From Eledone cirrhosa (Eukaryota), in contig OZ024745.1 of assembly GCA_964016885.1 (NCBI GenBank), forward strand, positions 86,986,001-87,050,000: a stretch of DNA of 64,000 nt. The letters are read 5' to 3'. The position numbers and the translations under genes are program-made. Below the pieces are notes generated by a model. It saw nothing but the letters and a program-made list of their open reading frames with translations. It was not told the DNA's origin and ran no database searches. Below are positions 1-14,379 of this stretch, piece after piece (position 1 is the stretch's first letter; every line of letters begins with the position of its first letter).

Positions 1-1471
1 GCTTTATCTTACATAATTACTTCACATAATATCGAATCTATAAGATTTTGATATTATTTATTTTGAGAACAATACCTGACCATCAGTATGAGTGGCTGGT
101 TACAGACGGTTTGAACAGAAAGAGGTGCGAGAATTCTGGCCGGTTACAGCCAGTTTAAATGCTAAAGGGTTGAATATATAAATAAACTGTAAAATCATGT
201 ATGTCGTTGGAAGTTGGTGTTGTTCTCTAATCACGAAAGAAGATTTTCCCTTTGTTTATAAGCGATTCGCTCCAGAACGACCTCCTAGAATAAAGACTAT
301 GGAGGATCCGAAAGACAATAAAAATGTTTCACTCGAAATTTTTTTGAAGGTGTTGGTACAGAGTTAGTTCAATCATGCATCTGCTTATTACTGGTTCATA
401 AAATATTTTCTTATTTTCTTAATTAAGTTGCGGTCACTATTATATAGAGAATCAACATCGTTGTAGTAAATTAAATAAACGGCAATACAAAATATATCTG
501 TGCAAGTTCATATGAGTTGCATGTCAAAAATATAGTTTCTCTTTCATACATTTGTTTAGATTGATAAATATATTGCAAAATACATGCACCCACGCATACA
601 TATTCTAGCAGAAAACCGCCCAGAGGAGGTATTTCTTCTAGTTATTTCATATTTGATCTTCCACCATAAATTACTTCTTTAATCCAATTCGTGTTAACTT
701 TTGTTTCAAAATGTAGTTTTTAAGGTATCTTTAAGGATTTTATAGTTCCCATTTAAGGGATTAAAACATGTCTTTTAAAAAATAGGAAAGAAATTTTTGA
801 CTTCATGATGAAATCGCAGCTTAGGGACAATCAAAATATAATTAAAAATACAAGAAAAAAAGAGAGAAAGTGATATTGCATTAATCCTTGTACACATAAT
901 GATTCGCTCAGATCTAATGAAGAGGTTGAGTAATCAGAAAAAATTAGTCAAGCAGAAGTTGTTTTTATTAGAAATGGAAGAGCTACAAAATTAGTATCCG
1001 ATATGATAAAGTAGCGCATTGCTTCTTTGAATCACTACAAACAAGGTATGATTGTGTTGTTAAGAGGTTCTCTCTGTGAGTGTGTATATGACTATGTATA
1101 TGTGTGTCTATGTGTGTGAGGTTAAGCGTGTGTGTGTGTTTCTATGTGTGTATGTAGGAGTCTTTGATAACGGACGCTCTTTAAACTTCTATTGTTCAGT
1201 GATATCAAACAGTGGTTATATAGCGACTGAAGAATTGTGAGAGGATTTTACGAACCAATCCAATGTCAATACTAATGCTTTGTACTTTGCCCTGTGGTGA
1301 TGAAATAAAATTTCCTTGTCGTTTTTGTCAAATGCAATTTCTTAAATGGTTAATTGCTATCACATAACGTTGGTTAGTTATAGTTTCGTCTGCATTGATA
1401 TCTTCTAGGGTCGAAATAAAACACCCACTATCACATTGAATCAAACTATTTGTCATTATTGGCTTCGAGTG

Positions 1472-1686
1472 AGGGCGGTGGATTGGCAGTATCGGTGGAG
1501 CGTCGGACACCATGCTTTGCAGCATACAGTTACGCCCCTGTACGGTCTGAGTTCAAATCCAGCCGAGGTTAGCTTTGCCTTTCATCCTTACGGGATCTAT
1601 AAAATAAAGCACCCGTAATGCACTGGGGTCGATTTAATCGACTTCCCTAACCCAAAATTACTGGCCTTGTGCTTAAATGGGAAACA
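1472..1686 (+). mobile_element. tRNA-derived SINE (family repeated about 10 times in window)
   Basis: A-box-like TGGCAGTATCGG, B-box GAGTTCAAATCC, body GCCTTTCATCCTTACGGG; 17-bp TSD ATTATTGGCTTCGAGTG at 1455-1471 and 1687-1703. Confidence 0.9.
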
Positions 1687-2597
1687 ATTATTGGCTTCGA
1701 GTGTGGATGGAGATCATTTAACTAGCTACTCTCTTGACTCTTTATTTGTTAGTTCATACTCAGAAAACTATCGTCAGTAATAACTCCAGTGGAAAAGAAA
1801 TTGAGGATCAATGTCGAAAACGTAAATGAAGAAATTGCAAAACTTAAAACTATTTTGTAAAGAAACACAATTGTCAAAGACAATTGTCTTTTGACATTTC
1901 ACGCACGTGGCTGTCGCTAACCAGCACGCTACTCTATATCGCTCTATAATGGATGTTGGAATTTAATGTCCGGATAAAGGTTTTAGGAACTACCACTGTT
2001 ACTATCGGGATCCTCTCGCTATGGGACTTGGAGACTAGAGCCGAATGTTACCATTCTATTATACAACGATGTGAGACTGCTTTTTCTAATAACCAATTTT
2101 TCATTATCTTATTAATTTGCGTTTGAGACACGTTGGCAGAGTGCTTATGACGGAAGCGGAAATATTTGTTTTCTAAACTCCTGCCATCACGTAAATTTAT
2201 AAATCGGTGGCCGATCGGGGGACAGCATTGTATCAGATTCCAGTTGCTAATCACTTTACTGTGACGGCCTTCACAAGCAGTCGTAGCCGGCATCGACTGG
2301 AGTCGAATTCTGTCGATCGATTGGTTATTGATTAGGCGATACCGCTGATGAAGCGACATGTGCCGATTATGCATTGTTGCATAACATATACAGACAGAGG
2401 GTGCAGTGCACCCTACTGCGGCATTAAGTGTGGCAGAAACTCGAGTTCGGGAACGAATATAGGTACTCGTTTACATGTGTTGTATTGAAGCGTATAACTA
2501 TGTGCATACTCTGGGAATGTGTTTTATATTACCTATTGAGTACGCTGAGATGCAACCGGTCCTGGCATTGATAATTATGCTGGGTCCGTCAATCTCT

Positions 2598-4701
<2,104 letters not shown>

Positions 4702-4759
4702 ATATATATATATATATATAAGTATGTATACGTACAAAACATATATATATATATATATA

Positions 4760-5575
4760 TGTACGTATGGGTTTACCGAACATTTATTATAATGCTCGGG
4801 TTGTTTGTAAACAAACAGCCCGAATTATCAGCCGTATAGTGTTCGGCAACCATCGTTGCCATTTTGTTCAACACTGACAAAGGAACGACGAACTAGTTTC
4901 TAGCTTATTAGCTGTCGTCAGCACCGTATATCTTCCTGTCAGTCGATTGAACGTTTGAAAGTATATACTTTCTTTATGTATATTAACAGCTGAGCAGCCT
5001 AATTTGCATATCGAGTGAGCTTGTCGGCCGGGCGTACCGAAAACGATATATGGAAAAATGAAATTTCATTTCTCATTCTTAGTACGGCTGATACTTAAAT
5101 ATAAGTATGTATACGTACATACATATATGTATACAGACGTACAGTAGTATGTATATATATGCATGCATGCACACATATAAATATGTACGTAAGGGTTTAC
5201 CGAACATTTATTATAATGCTCGCATTCTTTGTAAACAAACAGTCCGAATTATTAGCCGTGCAGTGTTCGGCAACCATCGTTGCCATTTTGTTCAACATGG
5301 ACAAAGGAACGATGAACTATTTTCTCGCTTATTAGCTGTCATCAGCACCGTATACCTTCCCGTATGGCTAATAATTCGGACTGTTTGTTTACAGACAAAC
5401 CAAGCATTATAATAAATGTTCGGTAAACCCATACGTACATATATATATGTGTGCATGTATGTATATACATACTACTGTACGTCTGTATACATATATGTAT
5501 GTACGTATACATACTTATATTTAAGTATCAGCCGTACTAAGAGTGAGAAATGAAATTTCATTTTTTCCATTTATA
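4760..5575 (-). repeat. Tandem plus inverted copies of a ~430-bp hammerhead-bearing repeat (Penelope pLTR/retrozyme-like)
   Basis: Unit at ~4760-5185 followed by a partial second copy to ~5365, then an inverted partial copy at 5365-5575; same family at 54657-55070 and 62684-64000. Confidence 0.75.
4886..4926 (-). ncRNA. Minimal type I hammerhead ribozyme motif
   Basis: Minus strand reads cggtg-CTGACGA-c agct aata agct a-GAAA-ctag-TT-cgtcg; a degenerate second copy lies at 5310-5350. Confidence 0.6.
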
Positions 5576-5949
5576 TACATATACATGTAAACGCATGCGC
5601 AGAGAAGAAGACAAAAATAAATAAACGGATTAAATAAAGATGGCGTAGACATACAATACAACAGGAGGAAACATAATAGCACAACTGACGATGTTGCAGA
5701 TGTGCAACGAAAGAAGTTTGTTAGACTATATATATGTGTTTGTGTCTATATTATATCTGTAATTTTGACCGTTGGTCAGTCAATGGTAACATTGAGGACA
5801 GAATGAATTAAATTAACTGCTATAAAAGATACAGAAGCGAAAACCAACCAAACTGAGTGTGTTCTGTTATTAATTCTGGCAATATTATTACACAAATATG
5901 ACCCTCCCTAAGTATAACAATATATATATATATATATGAAAAGGTATAA

Positions 5950-6024
5950 CCCACTTTACTACCCTAAGTATTGAGTACTCTGGTGCGTTATGGTCCACCT
6001 GGTTCCTTACCACACTTCCTTCGT

Positions 6025-6025
<1 letters not shown>
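5950..6025 (-). repeat. 76-bp dispersed repeat, inverted partner at 9788-9863
   Basis: Reverse complement matches AACGAAGGAAATGTGGTAAGGAACCAG...CTTAGGGTAGTAGAGTGGG at 9788-9863. Confidence 0.7.
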
Positions 6026-6055
<30 letters not shown>

Positions 6056-6061
6056 ATATAT

Positions 6062-8640
6062 ACTGTGATAGGAAAACTCCAAGATAGAAAACACCAGGAA
6101 GAGACATGATTGTCGACCACTGGTACAAACAACTGATATTCTATCGGAGGTATCTTACTGACCTCTACCAACAAGCTCTTAAGGGAGATACACTTATACC
6201 AGAATGGTTGACATTAGCACAAACATTACTGGTTCCCAAGAACAAAGACACCCACTTGGCAAAAAACTACCGACTCATTGCATGCCAGAACCTGATGTAT
6301 AAATGTATACAGCCAGCCTGAACCTATTCCTCCAAGATCACTGTGAAAATAATAACATCATCACAGATGAACAAGCAGCTGGAAAGAAAGGGGTTTGGGG
6401 ATGTGCTGCACAACTACTAATCAACAAAACTGCGATGTCGGAGGTGCGACAATTTAGGAGGAATATATTGCTACAGTCTGGCTGGACAACAGGAAAGCTT
6501 TCGATTCTGTTACCCACTCTTGGATGATAGAGGCCCTTCGACTTGCTAAACTCCCAGACATTATTATCAGAGCCATAGAGAAGCTGTCTTCTTCTTGGGT
6601 TACTATCCTAAAGTATAAGACAAAGAAGGAGGACCTATTTTCACTGATAAAATAAAATATCGCAGAGGTATATTTCAGGGAGACAGTCTCTGTGTGATAT
6701 TATTCATCCTGTCATTAAACGCCCTGTCCTTTCTGCTCAAGAAATGTGAAGGACACATCATTGGTTCACAAGAGGACAGAAATACGAACCTAACCCCTAA
6801 TTTCTTTGTGGATGATCTGAAACTGTATGCCAAGAACATGGATGGGATGAAGAAAAATATTGACCTGGTTACAACATTATCAAAGGATATAGGAATGGAG
6901 TTTGGCCAAGATAAATGTTCATATATGACTGTAAAGCGGGGAAAAACAACAACCCAATCTAGCAAAATTTGTATCAATGGCCTAACTGTTTCACCAATAT
7001 CTGATGCGGACTGGGGATACCTGGGGATAGATGAGAACATATCCTATAATGGTATCTGTAATAAGGAACGCGTAACCAGGTAATACTACACCCGATTAAG
7101 AAAGATATGGTCATCGGAACTCTCTGCGCAAAACAAAACAGTGGTTCACAATGTGTTTGCTGTGCCTGTGCTAACACAAACGTTTGGAATATTCAATTGG
7201 ACGATAGACGACATCCGAGCAATTGATGTTAGAACTCGAAAAATACTAAACAACACCGGAAACTTCCACATCAACAATAACATAGACCGCCTTTACTTGA
7301 AACGTAAGCAGGGAGGCAGAGGCCTAACATCAGTCCAGACAGCATTTGAATGTCGCATCATATCCCTACGACAAGATCTACGAACCTCATAGCGTAAAAG
7401 CCCGTCTCTCGAGCAAGTCTATCTTCATGAAACAGATAAGATCATGAGAGTTGGGAAGGAACTCCTCGAGAGATATTGCCTGTGTGATAATCAAAAACTC
7501 ACACCTAGGGAAGTCGCTCAGCAGTATCGCCGTGAATCCATGGATGAAAAACTGCATGCTTATCAGCAAAAAATCATGCATGGATATGTTGCCAGGAAGC
7601 TCCAGAGTGAGAGTAATATAGATAAAGATAGTAGTCTATCTTGGACCAACAACCGCTATATTGGCTCCCACTTTGAAGGATAGGCTTTTGCAATCCAAGA
7701 ACAGGAAATCACACGAATTACCTGATTCACAAAAGAGATAGGCATGCAGGCAAAACACCTAGATGTGATAACAAGTGCAGACTCTGCAGAATTAACATCG
7801 AAGATGTCACCCATGTCATAATCAGCTGTCCAAAGATGTCATCACGGTACTATCTACCTATGAAGCATGATGTAGTGGCCAAAACACTGTACAATGCAAT
7901 CCGTAGAAAAGATAATAAACACATTAAAAGCTACAACAATGTGGAAGACATCCATTTATATAATATGAAAGAGTACTGTGGAATGTTTGTTCCAGTAAAA
8001 TCCCCAATAAAATGCAGGCATAACAGACCAGATATTATGATATGGGACAGGGAAAAGAAGGCATGCACAGTAGTGGCAGTTAACTGCCCAGCAGATGCCA
8101 ATATAATATCAAAGATTAGCGAAAAGGAGAATATTTATGCAGAACTGATGAGAAATCTTCAGATACTCCACCCTGATTATACCTTCAGATTTATGCCTGT
8201 GATTATTGGGGCACTGGGATATGTTAGTAACTGCCTCAATACAAATCTTGAGAAGCTGGGCTTCACAGGAACAGAAGGAATACAACTGGTTAGGAAATTA
8301 CAAGTACAATCCATTAATGGATCAGTAAAAATATGTAAAACATTCCAAAGGTTTTGCATCTAATAACTGTATATACACATGTACAGATACAAAGCATATA
8401 CACATGCACACATACAACTCAAAACATCCACATCCACACATACAATAACATCCATATCTACACATGCATGCAAGCAGGCATTCATACATATCTACCTAGT
8501 TGATGTTGTGTAAATTCCAATGAGAGAGTCTTGTGTCTATGTTAGAAACCGACTCTCTCTCTCTATTGGCAAAAATTTGTGAAATTATAAAACCAGAAGA
8601 ACATACATACATACATTCATACATATATAATAAATAAACA
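6062..8640 (+). mobile_element. 5'-truncated, frameshifted RLE-type non-LTR retrotransposon (R4/Dong-like)
   Basis: RT motifs NYRLIACQNLMYK, EQAAGKKG, RKAFDSV, RGIFQGDSL, FFVDDLKLY; C-terminal CRLC..H..C knuckle, KHD, and RPDIMIWD..CPAD..KENIY restriction-like endonuclease ending at 8363; multiple stops and frameshifts. Confidence 0.88.
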
Positions 8641-8715
8641 ACAATATACAGTCACTGTTTATTTTAGAAAATATCATATATTTTCACTAGCTCTGACAGT
8701 CGGCAGGTGTACAGT

Positions 8716-8765
8716 GAACTGCACTGATGAAGGGTAATACCCAGAAACATTAGTGTCTACAGTTC
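8716..8765 (+). ncRNA. Minimal type I hammerhead ribozyme motif (Penelope-type)
   Basis: gaactgca-CTGATGA-a ggg taata ccc a-GAAA-cattagtg-TC-tacagttc; stem I 7/8 paired, near-palindromic stem III, GUC cleavage triplet ending at 8757. Confidence 0.65.
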
Positions 8766-9633
8766 TGTTTACATTCCAACACAAGAGCAAGAATGAGGGG
8801 CTCATTCTACTGACCTGGCTCATCATAATTGCAAACGAATCGAATATTATTATTAATATTCGAAAAACTCAGATTACATTTATATATATATATATATATA
8901 AAGCAAGTTTATTTTGAAACAGCGAGTGAAGTTTGAAATTTGTTAGAAATAGAAACTTTCGCGGTATTTTGTCTGATAGTGAGGTTTAAAAACCCTCCAA
9001 ACATGTAAAAAGATGACTATTGATATATATATATGTTTCTGTGGAGGACAGCTGATTCAACATGGATTTCGAGACTAGAAATAGGTATTAATTAACCTCT
9101 ACAATGCTAGTCGATACATCGATCTCCACCGATCAATCGATCCTCTAAAACGATCGTAATGCAATGATCTATCTACAAACTATAAACACCACCGACTGAA
9201 GCACCAAACAACGATGTTTAAAATGCGTTTCGATTTTAAAGTCTTTCTTCTGAGTTCCAGCAGAATATTTGAGCAGAGATATCAAATACATTTGAGATTG
9301 GTTTATCTTTAAAAACTTATTACTATAGAAAATGTTATACATTTACTAGAATACATAAAGGCTCTCCATTGCCTAACTCATTCTTCAAAAAACCTTTCTA
9401 TTGAATTAAAGTTTTACGTGGGGCTTTATTCAGATGAAGAAACCAGACATATACTATTGAATTTCATATAATTAAATCCCAATATTTGCGTAGGATTTTG
9501 TTGCATTTTTTCTAGAATTATATTCCTTTGTTTAGAAGTTATAAACTATTTATATAAGTTGCAGGACTTCATATCAGACGTGAATTGATATATGTGTGAG
9601 GCATTATGTACATATATATATATGTATATGTAT

Positions 9634-9717
<84 letters not shown>

Positions 9718-9746
9718 ATATTTTTATATGTATGTATATATATGTA

Positions 9747-9789
<43 letters not shown>

Positions 9790-10965
9790 CGAAGGAAATG
9801 TGGTAAGGAACCAGATGGACCATAACGCACCAAAGTACTCAATACTTAGGGTAGTAGAGTGGGTAATAGGAACGAGTAGGACCCCGACGGCTGAGCTCAA
9901 GCCGTTTCGACGGCTAATTCTGGACTAAATGCATCTAAGAAGGTAGGTATACAATGTGTTCGTGTCAGTGTGAATGCATCTAAGAAGGTAGGTATGCACT
10001 TCAATAAAGGAACAATAGATACGACGACGAAGACGACGACCAGGACGACGATGATGACAATAATAAAGACCTCGAGTATAACAAACAAAACACGAACTTC
10101 CCTATTGCCTGTGTAAATCTGCAACAGAATATTATTCACTGTCATCGTGTAGACAATCTATAGAACACTTTCTACTCTCTATTCAATTTCAGGTGATTTA
10201 CTGTATATGTCTATTTACATAACAACGTTAGTCAACTTCTGAAGTTGGTGGAGAGGCAGAAATTCTGGAGAAACATTTCATCCTAAGATCAAATTTCCCC
10301 ATTGTCGATAAAAGTGTTTTTTTTTTGTATTGCACATGAGTTTAGCTGGTCTCGTTTGGGGATCCAGCCGAATTAGTTCGTGACGCTTGCTTCTGATAGG
10401 ACCCGCTGGAAGGATGTTTGAATACCCCCCCCCCCCCACATACACATGCATTCTGTATCACTGTGTACAATCTGCAGTCGCCCGCTACAACGCCTGTGCG
10501 TTGAAACACAAGGTAGCACAATATTTGTTACATATACGTATTATAATATCTATCTATCTGTCTATATATTACTAAAACTCTGTGATTGTGTGCTTTGGTG
10601 TAATCTAATACAGCTAAAACGGCGCATAATGGGGAAACTACTTTGAAAGGAAGTTACCCCTTAAATAGGAATACAAATAGAATAAAACAAGTTTCGCGTA
10701 AATCGGAGCATACTGGGTTTTCCGGGTACCTTCATAAATAGAGAGAGAAAGATACAGAGAAAGAGATAGTGGTTGTAAGAGAGTAGATTGGAAGAGAGAG
10801 AGAAAGAGAGAGAGAAAAGAGAGAGAGAAAAGGAGAGAAACAGAGAGAGAGAAAGAGAGAGCTGGTGGTGTTGAATGAAATTATAACAAGTGACTTGTGT
10901 GTGTGCGTGTGTGTCTATGTATGTGTGTCTGTGACCATGTGTATAGGTCACAGAACCCCACCCCT

Positions 10966-11005
<40 letters not shown>

Positions 11006-11712
11006 GTTCACACACATACATATATATATAAACACACACATACACTCACACTCACACACACACACTTATATATAGACCTTCCAATTTCATTTTGCATTAT
11101 ATACATGTCTGTGTATAGTTTAATTATTTAAAAATTATTTTTAAGTGAACGTGACCCAATAGCTCACGGGTGGTCCAGTATAGATATATATATATATATA
11201 TATACGAATTATAATATATATGTATATATATATATATATATATTTATACTATCAATTAAATTGGGTGGAAAATCCCCTAAAATATATGACCTTTATATCA
11301 CAGATTAAAACATTAATTGTGTTATCCTGTGTATGAGAGTATATATGTTTGTACAGCTGTGCGAATAAGTCTTTTATCGTCACTTTACATTCATTACTAA
11401 CTAACAGTTATTTGAAGTAATTTTTCTTGGTTACCGGTCATAAGTTCCTGTCTTCCATATCAACCATATTATAGACATACATGAGTCTCGCTCTGAGTGT
11501 TTTAAGCTATGATCACGCCACAGTTATCTCAGTATGACAACGAATTATTTTTTGTTATTGATTTATATAAAAGAAATATCCTTTCAGTTTGAGGATTTCA
11601 GATCAATAAATGTCTTGAAAATTATTTAGGAAAAAAGAAATTCTCTTTAACTGAACATCAGTCGAACACATTCCCAGTACAATGGACTGTTTTCGCTGTA
11701 TTCAAGAGTTGT

Positions 11713-11915
11713 TTGCAGTATCGGTAGAGCATCGGATACCATGTTCATGACATAGAGTTACGTCCCTTTACATTTAAAGTTCAAATCCCACAGAGGTTAA
11801 CTTTGCCTTTCATCCTTCCGTGGTTGATAAATTAAAGTACCAGTATCGATTTAATCAACTTTCCCCTCCCCACAAATTGTTGGCCTTATGCCTAAATAAG
11901 AAATCATTATTATTA
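11713..11915 (+). mobile_element. tRNA-derived SINE, 5'-eroded
   Basis: GCAGTATCGGTAGAG...AGTTCAAATCCC...GCCTTTCATCCTT...TGGCCTTATGCCTAAA, (TTA)n tail. Confidence 0.8.
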
Positions 11916-11922
11916 TCAAAAA

Positions 11923-12586
11923 GGCGGTGGATTGTCACTATCGGTAGAGCGTCGGACAACATACGTTGCGGCATATAGTTATGACCCTTTCCGTTCTGAG
12001 TTCAAAACCCTCCGATGTTAGCTTTGTTTTTCATCCTTTGAAGGCGCATGGCTTAGTGGTTAGAGAATTGGGTTTGCAATCGAAAGGTTATGAGTTCGAT
12101 TCTCGAACCGAATGATGTGTTGTGTCCTTGAGCAAGACACTTTATTTCACGTTGCTCCAGTTTACTCAGCTGTAGAAATAAGTTGCGATCCTACCAAATC
12201 AATGGGTGGCAGTAGTTCCAGCTGCACGCATGGAAAGACTGGTGTAGTGGTTCTGAGAACAATGCAGCTTTGCAAATGATCAATGCAAATTGAGAATGGA
12301 AAGGCGCTCCCGCTCGAGTTAGAAGAGAACGATTGACCTTCAGGAGAAGCAACGACTCCTGATTGTATTCAGCAACCGAAACAAATATGAAGTACACCAA
12401 ATCCAATGTTCCTAGGGGCGCCCCTGGTTCTTCTTATTTGCGAGTGTAAACTCGGCCAGATTAGATTAGATTCATCCTTCCGAGGTCGATAAATTAAAGA
12501 AACAGTATCGCACTGGAGTAGATTTAATCGACTTTCCCTTCCTCCAAAATTGTTGGCCTTGTGCCTAAATCAGAAATAATTATTAT
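11923..12586 (+). mobile_element. tRNA-derived SINE interrupted by a second SINE
   Basis: 5' half 11923-12038 and 3' half 12471-12586 rejoin into a normal family member. Confidence 0.8.
12039..12470 (+). mobile_element. CORE-like tRNA SINE nested in another SINE
   Basis: A box TGGCTTAGTGG, B box GAGTTCGATTC, MIR-core-like TGTGTCCTTGAGCAAGACACTT, (AGATT)n tail, 9-bp TSD TTCATCCTT at 12030-12038 and 12471-12479. Confidence 0.8.
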
Positions 12587-13730
12587 CAATAAAATATAGC
12601 TATTAAGTATAATTAACCTTGGAGTTAAAATTTATCGAATATGTATTAGTTAATATTGTAAAATTCCAATATCTTATCTAAATTTTAATTGGCAATAAAA
12701 TAACTTTCAGCTGACGCATAATTCAAGAGCAGCACCAAAGCACTGGTGTAGCCATTTGAAATAAACTGCAATTATTTATCATTAAATCGGCATTATTTCC
12801 GTAGTGTATGGTATAACTTATTTGTCTCTGTCGACTTGTTCACCACAGTTTACGAAATATTGACTAATGTTTCATTAATTATCATTTCTAAGCTAAAATG
12901 TTCCCTCGCCTATATTTTGGATGCGGTGGATGATATGATCGCATCCTTCTTAACACTAGTACTGCACTAATGAGATAGAGTAAAAAAAAAAAAAAGATAT
13001 TATCGCATAGGAATCCATGAAAGAAGACAGAGAAAGAGAGAATCAGTTTTGGGGATAAGGAATACAGTGAATGATGGAAAACTGATCAAGCGATGAACTA
13101 GCACGATTTTCTGTTTATTCCAAATGCAGTTGAAACAAACATCATCTGTTGGTATTCTTCGGTTGACTGGTCGAAACCAGTGGTATGTAACCATTTGTGA
13201 TTTGACTTCAAATGAAAGAATTTAGAGTTTTTGTATCATTGATTTTTCGAGAGATTTACTTATCTGTTTAAAGATAGAGTCACCCACAACCAGCAAATGT
13301 TACAGATTCAAACACTTGGCGAACCAAGTGTTTAACATTTATTCAACGATAATGTCCAACTTAGAATATGAATGTTGCCACAGAAAGATCAGAAACGTCT
13401 GTATTTGTCTTGTTGGTTTTCATTTTGTTTCGTATTTGTTTGTCCTTTGTTTTTAGCTTTTTGTTATATTTTTGTTTTTACTTACATATATATTTTGATG
13501 ACGTAATAATTTCGTTATAGAGATCCCGAATGAGAAAATAACTGGTCAGGACAAGTAATTAAAGAAGTGCAAACAAGGTAGGTCAGGTAAGATTACTGTG
13601 ATGTTAGTGAAGCGGTAACTACAGAGAGAACAGGTGTCACGTTCTAGTTTAGGTGCAGTTTACCTTTGGTATTAACTAAAGGAGTAAATGTTGACCAGAT
13701 AAAAAAGAAAAGTAATGAAGAGGGAAGAGG

Positions 13731-13767
<37 letters not shown>

Positions 13768-14248
13768 CAAGAGAGAGAGAGAGAGAGGGGAAAGAAAGAA
13801 ATCAATAGGTTGTTAGAGGAAGGTCTTCAGAGAGAGCCATGATCAGAGAGAAAGAGATGAGAGAGAGTGAGAGAGAGATAGAGCATGGTAACAGGCAGAG
13901 AGAGAGGGAGAGAGAGGGGGAGATAGAGACGTATAGAACATGTAATGTACGGGCGCGAATGTGTGCGTGTGAATATGTGGGTCCATGTGTATGCGTATAT
14001 ATGAATGTGTGGGCGTGTGCACACGGGGGCAGGTATAGGAAAAGATATATATTAGCGTGTGTGAATGTGTAAACGTAAGAGATTATATCTCAATGTATCT
14101 GAATATATGAGCGTAAGAGTATGTGTGTGTGTGTGTTTGTGTGTGTATACATACATGTATGCATATGCACGTATAAGTATATCATCCTGTTTGTTTGCTC
14201 ATGTCTCAATCATTTTGTATATCTGGCTGTATGTTTGTCTATCTATCT

Positions 14249-14361
14249 ATGGGACATTACAAGACGTGACGGCGGGCGTTTTACATTATTAACGATTTTA
14301 TGTAAAACCCCCGCCGTCACCTCTTGTAATGTCCCATTTTTGTGCGCCCTTATGGCAAATA
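14249..14361 (+). mobile_element. Fold-back mini-element derived from the Tx1-like 3' end (copy 1)
   Basis: 38-bp inverted arms 14249-14286 / 14300-14337, then TTTTGTGCGCCCTTATGGCAAATA and (CTAT)n. Confidence 0.8.
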
Positions 14362-14379
14362 TCTATCTATCTATCTATC

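Noticed and set aside
250-1860. Short exon-like open stretches with possible splice sites (~253-356, ~830-1045, ~1764-1860)
   Set aside because: No recognisable protein similarity or consistent gene model; needs RNA-seq or homology search
9875-9925. Minus-strand half hammerhead GAAA-cggct..agccg-TC
   Set aside because: No CTGANGA core or stem I partner nearby
9546-9928. ORFs rich in YI/CV/TH or homopolymers here and at 52831-54826, 57405-57795, 59479-61831
   Set aside because: Translations of microsatellites, not genes (except the RTE fragment noted)
10561-11182. Possible non-autonomous Helitron (TCTATATATTACTAAAAC start, ACCC..GGGT hairpin near end)
   Set aside because: No clean CTRR terminus and no second copy in the window
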